DNA of 32,000 bases from positions 1,650,001 to 1,682,000 of the forward strand of contig NZ_AP012549.1 of the NCBI RefSeq assembly GCF_000829235.1. Direction: 5' to 3'. This DNA is from a cyanobacterium endosymbiont of Epithemia turgida isolate EtSB Lake Yunoko. Its GTDB lineage: Bacteria > Cyanobacteriota > Cyanobacteriia > Cyanobacteriales > Microcystaceae. The position numbers and the translations under genes are program-made. The notes beneath the pieces were generated by a model. It was not told the DNA's origin. It was given only the letters and a program-made list of their open reading frames with translations, and searched no databases. Positions 1 through 9,460 of this stretch are shown here, piece by piece; the first letter of the stretch is position 1; every line of letters begins with the position of its first letter.

Positions 1-1585
1 AAAGTTATTTTTATTGTAAAAGAGATTATCCTTACAGTATAAGTAAATTTATTTTAATAACTTTATACCAAATCAGATTAAATAAATTTAATGAGAAAAT
101 TAATTTTATATTTATTAAATAAAAAATTAACAATAACTATAAAAAACTTTAAATTTTAATATTAAAATTTATGTAATTTTTTGTAATTTTAGTAAAAATA
201 ATTCATCAATAATATCAAAGATTTCATGATTTTTATAATTAATAACTTGAGTACATATTAATATTCGATAATCAATACGATTGAAAGTCTTGTTTTATTA
301 AGTAGCAAAGCTTTTAGTCATATATCGCTACTAATCCGAAGATACCGAAAATAAATGATAAAAGTTTAGATAGAAAATAGTGCTTTTAACTCATAATTAA
401 TTCGTCTTATTAAGTTAATGTATAGTCAATATTTCAAATGAATATATAGTTTTAACACATCAAGATTAGTCAGTTAAACTTAGAAAATTATAGTGTTTAC
501 CTTGTGTAAATTTTAGAAACCAAAAGTAGTAGTTATTCCTAACTTTATTAGAGAAGTGACGATTAAAAAAGATTTAAGTAAAGACTTCCAAGTTTTAAAA
601 GCTAAAAATTTATTGAGTAATTTAAATAAATTGTACAAAAATTATGACAGAGCAGCTAATTTTTTAAAAAAATTGTAAAGTTCGTTATTAACGACTAATT
701 AGTTAGTTCATTGATAATAAATAATCTTGTATTTAATTTTTTTTATAAACATATAGTTGATAGTTAATGTAGTTGTAAATTTATCAATATTACTTTCTCT
801 CTTTTTTAAAAGAACAGGAACTTTGAATGTTTTTATATACTCTATAATTCTATGTTTAATATAAAAAACATTAATTACTGAAGAATAAATAAGTTTAATT
901 TACAATAAAAAGTACATAAATTTAAATCAAGTATAATTCATTAATTTTTAGTAAAATCATATATCATATAACAAAAAAAATTTAATTAATACTAGTTTAA
1001 GTTTGTTATATATTTTTTATAAATAATTTTAAATTACAATAAATGCTATCATCTTTATGATAGAAATCACTAAATTGTTAGGGATAAATACCAAAAATTT
1101 TTGTTTTGGGAACAAGAAGAAAAAATTCATGACACGAGAACGGCTTAAGGTCGTCATTGGTTTAGTCTGAATAAATTGTTTAGGTCTCAAGTTGAGTCTA
1201 TCTAAAGTTTTAATACACAAGTGATTGTTCTTAACAACCCTAAAAATGAGTCTGCTTAAGATGAGATGACCAAAGATTTTAAGAAATGTGATTGACTTAT
1301 TTAACTCTCAAATCAGAGAAACCCCTAACTAAACAAACATGAAAACTCCTTGAAGCGTTAAAAACTATTCCTCAAAACTTTGAAAAGTTTGATGAAGATT
1401 AAGGCATTTTTTTCGCAAAGGTAAGGGACGTGCTACAAGTTCGCTAAAGAATATTTAGAGATTCACTCTTTTTCCCCTATTGATATTTTCCTCATCGTGT
1501 TCCGTTATCTCTACAATAAAGGTGAGGAAATCCCTCCCCCAGTTATCAGCAAATCCAAACAATTATTATTTCAATGACGGAATTG

Positions 1586-1612
1586 TTAGCACTCACTCCT
1601 ATTGAGTGCTAA
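1586..1612 (+). promoter_or_regulatory. CIRCE operator (HrcA-binding inverted repeat) upstream of groEL
   Basis: Exact match to the consensus TTAGCACTC-N9-GAGTGCTAA: TTAGCACTC at 1586-1594, spacer actcctatt, GAGTGCTAA at 1604-1612. It lies 281 nt upstream of the groEL ATG on the same strand. Confidence 0.85.
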
Positions 1613-1892
1613 ATTGACATAAGTAGGGTTAAACCGTCCCGAAGAATATTCACTCAGGACAACCTTGTTAAATTCAAACTATAAAATTTGGATTTCTAAC
1701 TCTAAATCAGTTCTGAGTGTAGAGCACTGCGCATTAAAGTTAAAACATTGGCACAAGTATTGGTATAAACAAACAGCCAATTCTGTGCCCTTGGTATTTT
1801 CTAAGTAGGCGTAGCGGCATAGCTCACCTGAAGCTTTCTAAATCAGGGGAGTTGTTAGTATCAAGAGTCACCAAAATACCTAAGAAAAAATC

Positions 1893-3596
<1,704 letters not shown>

Positions 3597-3642
3597 TTCC
3601 CTAAGCTCTCAAGGTTCAGTTCCCCATCTTACATAATTTTAT

Positions 3643-3679
3643 AAAGAGAGATGTTCTTTTGAATGTCTCTTTTTCTTTT
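3643..3679 (+). terminator. Candidate intrinsic terminator downstream of groEL
   Basis: AAAGAGA (3643-3649) pairs with TCTCTTT (3666-3672). A few more pairs lie inside the intervening segment, and a T-rich tract (ttcttttgg) follows. The loop is large and the stem is AT-rich. Confidence 0.45.
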
Positions 3680-3780
3680 GGAAAAAAACACAATTAATTT
3701 TTAACTTTTGGAAAAAATTTAATTTTAAAAATGTTAATTAGTGATTAACCGTCTTTTAGGGTTGATTCCTCAAAAGTCTC

Positions 3781-5334
3781 TTGAGCAAGGTTTGTTCTGT
3801 TATCAAGGAGAAGAATAGGAGAAACGTTAGTATAGTGGGAACAACTCTTTATCTTTCGTTTGTTTTTGTACTAGTAGTCCCTATGGAAGTTCCTGTAATT
3901 GGTAAGTTAAACAGTCCCCTCCCTCTGATTTTAGCCCTGATGACTGGGGGCATCATCTTAGTCGGCGGCATGACCTACAGAATAGTTGAAACCCCAACTG
4001 CTGAAATTGAACTGAATGACTTAACCGTTGTGGTCAAACGGGAAACCTTGGCAGTAGAAATTGAAGCAAGTGGAACACTAGAACCTATTGAAAGTGTCAA
4101 TCTTAGTCCGAAAAATCCAGGGAGACTACTAAAATTATTGGTACAACAGGGAATGCCTGTTAAACAAGGGCAAGTTCTTGCTGTCATGGAAAATACAGAG
4201 GTTCAAGCCCAAGGAAAACAAGCTCAAGCGAATTTTCAAAAAGTAATCGCTGAACTCGAAGCAGCTAAAATTACTATCCCTAGTGAAATTAACCAAGCTC
4301 AAACTCGACTTATGCAAGCTGAAGCTCAACTTGAAGAAACTCAAGCGAATTTAGCACGAGCTCAACAGAGAATCCCAAGATATATTGAGCAAATTAAGGC
4401 ACAAATATTGGCTGCTCGTTCTCGCACTCAATTGGCAGCTTCGCGCGTAAAGCGCAATGAAGAATTAATGAAAGAAGGGGCAATTACCCACGATAGTTTT
4501 GATGAAGTGATTAGCGACTATCATAATGCCGAAGCAAATTTGCTCGAAATTACCCAACGGCTCGAACAAGCTCAAAACACAGCTAACCCAGAAATTAGTC
4601 AACTACAACAGGATATTATCCGATCTCAAGCTGCCGTTACTGAAGCAAAAATTGCTTTTGAAGAACGGAAAAAAACAGCTGAGGCTGAAATCAGTCGCCT
4701 AGAAGCTTCTGTAACTGCCGCTAAGGCAGAATTAGAAAGAAGGATGATTCAATTCCAAGACACAGCTATTCGCGCTCCTTTCGACGGAATTATCACGCGA
4801 AAATATGCTAATGTTGGCGCATTTGTTACCCCAACTAACTCGGCATCTACTTCTATTTTGGCTTTAGCGCGAGGGTTAGAAGTAGTGGCCAAAGTTCCAG
4901 AGATGGATTTGGGGATGTTAGAAGTAGGACAACCGGTCAAAGTGATTGCTGATGCCTATCCCGATAAAATGTTTCAAGGAAAAGTGATTCGTATTGCCCC
5001 AGAAGCAATTATTGACCGCAATGTCACTTCCTTTGAGGTCACTGTCGGGTTAGTGACAGGACGAAATGAACTTAAGTCTAAAATGAATGTAAATGTTACT
5101 TTTTTAGGAAAGCAACTGAGTAATGCTCTAGTAGTTCCCACTATAGCTATCGTTACCCAAGAAGGAAAAATAGGAGTCATGGTTCCTGATAAAGAAAATA
5201 ACCCTCAATTTAAACCTGTTACTATCGGTATGGTTTTAGATGAAAAAACCGAAATTCTTTCTGGATTAAAGTCAGGAGATCAAGTTTTTATTGATATTCC
5301 TTCTAATAAGAAAGACAAGAAATCTCAATCTTAA
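3781..5334 (+). CDS. Periplasmic adaptor / membrane fusion protein of a tripartite efflux system (HlyD/MacA family)
   Basis: 517-aa ORF with an N-terminal TM anchor (LPLILALMTGGIILVGG) and a long Q/A/E-rich coiled-coil region. Barrel-type segments such as IRAPFDGIITRKYANVGAFV and LEVGQPVKVIADAYPDKMFQGKVIRIAPEA are typical of this family. The track start is TTG 3781. In-frame GTG 3835 (GGAG 13 nt upstream) and ATG 3883 are alternatives, so the start is uncertain. Confidence 0.85.
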   Translation: MSKVCSVIKEKNRRNVSIVGTTLYLSFVFVLVVPMEVPVIGKLNSPLPLILALMTGGIILVGGMTYRIVETPTAEIELNDLTVVVKRETLAVEIEASGTLEPIESVNLSPKNPGRLLKLLVQQGMPVKQGQVLAVMENTEVQAQGKQAQANFQKVIAELEAAKITIPSEINQAQTRLMQAEAQLEETQANLARAQQRIPRYIEQIKAQILAARSRTQLAASRVKRNEELMKEGAITHDSFDEVISDYHNAEANLLEITQRLEQAQNTANPEISQLQQDIIRSQAAVTEAKIAFEERKKTAEAEISRLEASVTAAKAELERRMIQFQDTAIRAPFDGIITRKYANVGAFVTPTNSASTSILALARGLEVVAKVPEMDLGMLEVGQPVKVIADAYPDKMFQGKVIRIAPEAIIDRNVTSFEVTVGLVTGRNELKSKMNVNVTFLGKQLSNALVVPTIAIVTQEGKIGVMVPDKENNPQFKPVTIGMVLDEKTEILSGLKSGDQVFIDIPSNKKDKKSQS

Positions 5335-5476
5335 TGACCAGAGTTCTAAGTATGACTAGGTTCTGCTACGTAACAGAGTTATGACTTGTTAACACAAAAA
5401 TAGTAGTTTTAGACTTCCAATATCGATTATTAGTTCACACATTGTATTGTGTCAAGCTTAAGTATTAACTATTCAG

Positions 5477-6694
5477 ATGAATATTTTAGAAAACTTTAAA
5501 ATGTCAGCAGCTATGTTAGCTGCTAATAAATTACAAACTAGCTTAACTATGCTAGGGATTATTATGGGCAATGCTTCTGTGATTGCTACTATTGGTTTAG
5601 GACAAGGATCACAAAAACTTGCTAACGAACAATTAAAGTCTTTAGGTCCTAATATTCTGTTTGTTATGCCGGGTAATCAAAAAAGCCGTCAAACAACCTT
5701 TAATGTTCCCAAAACACTTGTTTGGGAAGATGCACAAGCTATTGCTTCCCAAGTGTCTACCATCAAGGCAGTCGCCCCAGAAATTAATCAACGTCAGTTA
5801 ATTTCTTATAGAAATCGAAACACTAATGTAACCCTTGTTGGAACGAACTCTGAATATTCATCCGTCCGAGACTTTCCAGTAGCAATAGGACGGTTTATTA
5901 ACCAAATTGATCTTAAACGTAATCAACGAGTAGCTGTAATTGGTTCAGAAATTGCTGAGAATTTATCTCTTTTACGTTATCCCATTGGGGAGAAAATTAG
6001 GATTAATAATATCAGTTTTGAAATTATCGGAGTGATGGAACCTAAAGGGTCTTTTTTTGGGATTAACCAGGATGAAAGTATTATAATTCCCTTAACAACT
6101 ATGGCTAATCAAATTGTCGGGCAGATTTCCCCTCATGGGGTTGCTTTAAGTGTAATTCATATAGAGGCAAAGAGTACGGATACTGTTCGCGCTGCTAAAT
6201 TCCAAATTGAAAATTTACTACGCCTGAGACATCAAATTACGACCGAAGATGATTTTGGAGTTCGAACTTCTAAACAAATGATGTCTATTGTGAAAACTAT
6301 TACTTCAGGATTAACAATCATGTTAGTTGGTATTGCAAGTATTTCTTTAATTGTTGGTGGTATTGGCGTAATGAATATTATGTTAGTTTCTGTCACCGAA
6401 CGCACCCCGGAGATTGGACTTCGGAAGGCATTAGGCGCAACTCAAGGAGATATTCTAATTCAGTTTTTGATTGAAGCGGTTATTATCGCCATTTCCGGAG
6501 GAGTTATTGGAATTATGTTAGGTGTTAGTATTTTAGTATTGGTTGGACTGATGTTTCCCTTATCTCCTGTCATTGCTTCCGAAACTATTTTTCTGTCTTT
6601 AGGTATTTCTGGGGGAATTGGTTTAGGCTTTGGGGTAATTCCAGCACAACGGGCAGCTAAACTTGATCCTATTGTTGCTTTAAGAAGTTCTTAA
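5477..6694 (+). CDS. MacB/FtsX-type ABC transporter permease with no fused ATPase
   Basis: 405-aa ORF with an N-terminal TM (LTMLGIIMGNASVIATIGLG) and a large extracytoplasmic domain. The C-terminal FtsX-type bundle carries the motif TERTPEIGLRKALGATQGDIL and ends in QRAAKLDPIVALR. It starts 142 nt downstream of the adaptor gene on the same strand. Confidence 0.88.
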   Translation: MNILENFKMSAAMLAANKLQTSLTMLGIIMGNASVIATIGLGQGSQKLANEQLKSLGPNILFVMPGNQKSRQTTFNVPKTLVWEDAQAIASQVSTIKAVAPEINQRQLISYRNRNTNVTLVGTNSEYSSVRDFPVAIGRFINQIDLKRNQRVAVIGSEIAENLSLLRYPIGEKIRINNISFEIIGVMEPKGSFFGINQDESIIIPLTTMANQIVGQISPHGVALSVIHIEAKSTDTVRAAKFQIENLLRLRHQITTEDDFGVRTSKQMMSIVKTITSGLTIMLVGIASISLIVGGIGVMNIMLVSVTERTPEIGLRKALGATQGDILIQFLIEAVIIAISGGVIGIMLGVSILVLVGLMFPLSPVIASETIFLSLGISGGIGLGFGVIPAQRAAKLDPIVALRSS

Positions 6695-7578
6695 CAGTTC
6701 AAGAAACTTAAGTAATTTTTAAAAAATGTAAAGTTTTACTAAATCTGTCATATAAAAATAAAAAATATAAAGGTAAAATCTGATTGTTAGCAATAAGCTA
6801 ATCAAAGCCTATACTTTTTCTACAAATAACATTGTAGCAAGTCTTTTGTTTAAATCAAATTATTCTAAACTCAACATTTTCACTTTATTTATATCTATGG
6901 AATCAAATACTTAATCTAGTTTGATCAATGAAATTATAAGTTTAGAATAAATCACTATTGATCCTTATTAGATTTTAAATTAGATATAAATAGTTTAATT
7001 TATTAAATAAACTTAACAGTAACTTGTATCTACTGTCATTAAAATACCAGAAAACCTCATCAAAATAATGAATTAACTATTAGAGATTTACCTTGAGCAG
7101 AGAAGGCAGTCTATCCTAAGATTAATTGTCGTCAAATAAAATGTAATCAATATAAAAAAAATATATTCCCAAAAATATAAGAAAAAAATTTTCGAAGAGC
7201 TTCTAAAAAAAAATGTTAAACATGTGGTCAAAAGTAATGAAGTTAGTTAAAAATAAATAGAAACAATGCTTAAATGTTACACTCACTGAATATAGTTTAA
7301 GAAAATTTTTCCATAGTGCCACTTATTTTATCAGCCCAATTCCTCATCCATACTCAGATAACAAAGTTAAAAAGTTTATTTTTTTAACTATTTGTTACGA
7401 CCCACTATAGGAAAATTTTAGAGGAAAAATATTGATTAACAGTATTTTTTAGATAACTCAAATTCAGATTATTGGGAAAACAACTTTTAGTAAATGAACT
7501 ACATAAACCAACAACCACCTCTCTTCAAGAGAACCCATTGTTGATTGATAGTCAGTGGATAACTCAGTCAAAAACACT

Positions 7579-7740
7579 TTAGTTTAGATTAACCGTTTCT
7601 ATGAGAAAGACTAGATCATCAATGGGAGCAGGGGCAGCCATATCCGAAGGTAAAAAGGCACGAATGCTGACGAACACCAGGGCAACCAAAAATATCAGGA
7701 TAATAAGAAACGGAGCAACATATTGGCGAAAAAATGTCAT
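7579..7740 (-). CDS. Candidate small single-pass membrane protein (53 aa), below the ORF-track cutoff
   Basis: My manual minus-strand translation gives MTFFRQYVAPFLIILIFLVALVFVSIRAFLPSDMAAPAPIDDLVFLIETVNLN, from ATG (complement of 7738-7740) to TAA (7579-7581). It has a clean hydrophobic helix flanked by R residues. It sits on a locally GC-richer patch in otherwise ~80% AT spacer. No clear SD and no recognised family. Confidence 0.3.
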   Translation of the reverse strand: MTFFRQYVAPFLIILIFLVALVFVSIRAFLPSDMAAPAPIDDLVFLIETVNLN

Positions 7741-7822
7741 GGTTATGAGTGAAATAGGTCAAAATTTTAAAATAGAAAGAGCTTATACTTGATTAACATT
7801 GTAAGTAGCAACCATAAAATGA

Positions 7823-8155
7823 TTGACAACTATCTTGTTTTATTCTCCTCACGGATATATCTTAAAACAGATAGAAACAGAACAATTTAGTTATGTTTAT
7901 AGTGCTGTTAATCGTCAAACAGGAAGATTTATCGCCTTTAAGAACCTCCATACTCAATGGTTTTATGCTCATATATTTTTGTGATAATTCTCTCGTTTAG
8001 TTAAGTCTGCGCCAGATTAACATTGTGTATTGTCAGACCTTAAAACACCATAACACAGCATAGGACGTTGTATGCTGACGGATTACCTTCAAGGAAGAAC
8101 CTTACTGTACTTAATGAATGTAGAAGAAAACCTCAGCTTACAATATCATAATTAA
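7823..8155 (+). pseudogene. Fossil of a Hanks-type Ser/Thr protein kinase N-terminal lobe, with in-frame stops and no frameshift
   Basis: A single reading frame gives LTTILFYSPHGYILKQIETEQFSYVYSAVNRQTGRFIAFKNLHTQWFYAHIFL**FSRLVKSAPD*HCVLSDLKTP*HSIGRCMLTDYLQGRTLLYLMNVEENLSLQYHN*. IETEQFSYVY fits a decayed G-loop (GxGxFGxVY). RQTGRFIAFK fits the VAIK lysine strand. GRCMLTDYLQGRTL fits the hinge pattern (YLVMDY.EGGTL). There are five in-frame stops. The same frame later reads FLKIYIM...LKIAKIDEFK (about 8237-8305), roughly where HRDLKPEN and DFG would be expected, but that part is weak. Confidence 0.55.
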
Positions 8156-9460
8156 TTTTGGATGTTATTGAATCTTTTATAATTGGTATTTAAGCACTTA
8201 ACCTAATTTTAGAATATAAGTGTTTATTTAATATTTTTAAAAATATATATCATGACTAAGAGTATAGGCTTGATGCTAAAAATAGCTAAAATTGATGAGT
8301 TTAAATAAAAAAAGGAGAGTACCAGTAGGTTAAAAACCTGTATATAGAGGAAAATAAGACGATTGTTCTTAACAGTCTAGTAAAGTACAGATATAAAAAC
8401 CCCATTTGAAAAACAACATTTTTATATTTTTAAAATGAGAGAAACTTAAATGAAGTTAGTATCAGTCTATTTTTTAAGTTAAAAATAATTCATTAGATTA
8501 TTAAATTTGACTACCGAATACTAAAGTAATTAGGTGAAATCAATGAATTTATAATCAAAAAAGTCTTAGGCGATCTTGACTCACTTTTTTATTATTTTGC
8601 AAGCCTTTATAAGGTTAGCGTTAATGAGGGTTAAAAATTCAACTAATAATTAATACTAAACTCAAGGATAATTCTTTCTTTAAGTCGTCAATTGTCATCT
8701 TATTTTAGAGCATTAATACTTTAATTTAGTTTTCATATTTTTTGAAAGTATATGGTTACTATTTAGTAATTTAAAGCAACTTTGAGTTACCTCAATATAT
8801 GGTAATTACCTTGTTTTTTATATGCAGTTATCATCTATTAATATTTTTTTAACAAATGTATTAATATAATCAGCTTTTTCTCTTGTCTTTCCGCATTTTA
8901 TGCGTGGTATTTTTTTTTAGTACCATAACTATATAAATAATTGTCTCTATTGTAAAATAGATTTTTATCTACGGATATCCTTCTGCTTTTAGCAATTTAT
9001 TCTGTTTTTTTTAAAAAAATCATTTAAGTTTATTGTTTTATTAATATCCATAATTTTTTAGTTTATTACTGATTTTAAATATGTATATATTATATACTAT
9101 TGAGTAATATTTTTGCTCCCTAATTAAGCGATATATATTGGAATTTTAGCACATCTTTGCTAAACAAAAAACTTAGAATTATGTTTGTTATTCACTATTT
9201 CCTGCTTATTTATGAGTGATTGCTGCGTAAGATTCTGTTTCTCTTGCCGTTTTTAACTATAAATCAGAAGTATTGTAACTAAGTTTTAATAGGCAACATT
9301 CCTCGATTTTTGTGTATTGTTTATGTGCTATTTTAACCACTTTTTAGTGTAAATTATAACTATAAGGTGTCAATAGAATTTATAGTAATTACTTGAGTAC
9401 TTTATTAATTACTTCTTTCCTGATTAGAAAACTAACTTAACATTCTCTTGTAGTACAAAA

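Noticed and set aside
151-170. Perfect 20-bp palindrome AAATTTTAATATTAAAATTT, with nearby short direct repeats (tgtaatttt x2).
   Set aside because: It is composed only of A and T in a region that is ~85% AT. Palindromes of this length are expected by chance a few times in the AT-rich spacers.
1029-1220. 63-aa minus-strand ORF in the upstream AT-rich region.
   Set aside because: The sequence is random-looking and dominated by F, I and K, as expected from AT-rich DNA. It has no start context and no motif.
1805-1850. tRNA-like string (gcgtagcggcatagctcacctgaag... with a CCTGA/TCAGG stem) in the groEL leader.
   Set aside because: It has no T-arm (GTTCGAATC-like) and no acceptor-stem pairing, and the loop is 11 nt. 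It is not a tRNA, so I mention it only as a leader hairpin.
7440-7600. Possible fossil of the missing ABC ATPase: the + strand frame reads QIIGKTTFSK*TT*TNNHLSSREPIVD**SVD, loosely resembling Walker A GKTTLL ... G.I.IDG.
   Set aside because: Only GKTT and IVD align. Walker A would need a 5-codon deletion, and no Q-loop, signature or Walker B can be read downstream. That is too weak without a blastx result.
7601-7792. 63-aa + strand track ORF (MRKTRSSMGAGAAISEGKK...).
   Set aside because: It is not protein-like. The opposite strand gives a far more plausible single-TM peptide, reported separately at low confidence.
8860-9060. Minus-strand fragments (MDINKTINLNDFFKKN..., KIYFTIETIIYIV...KKNTTHKMRK) faintly reminiscent of a GIY-YIG or HTH protein.
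   Set aside because: There are multiple stops and frame changes, and the similarity rests on two or three residues in AT-rich sequence.
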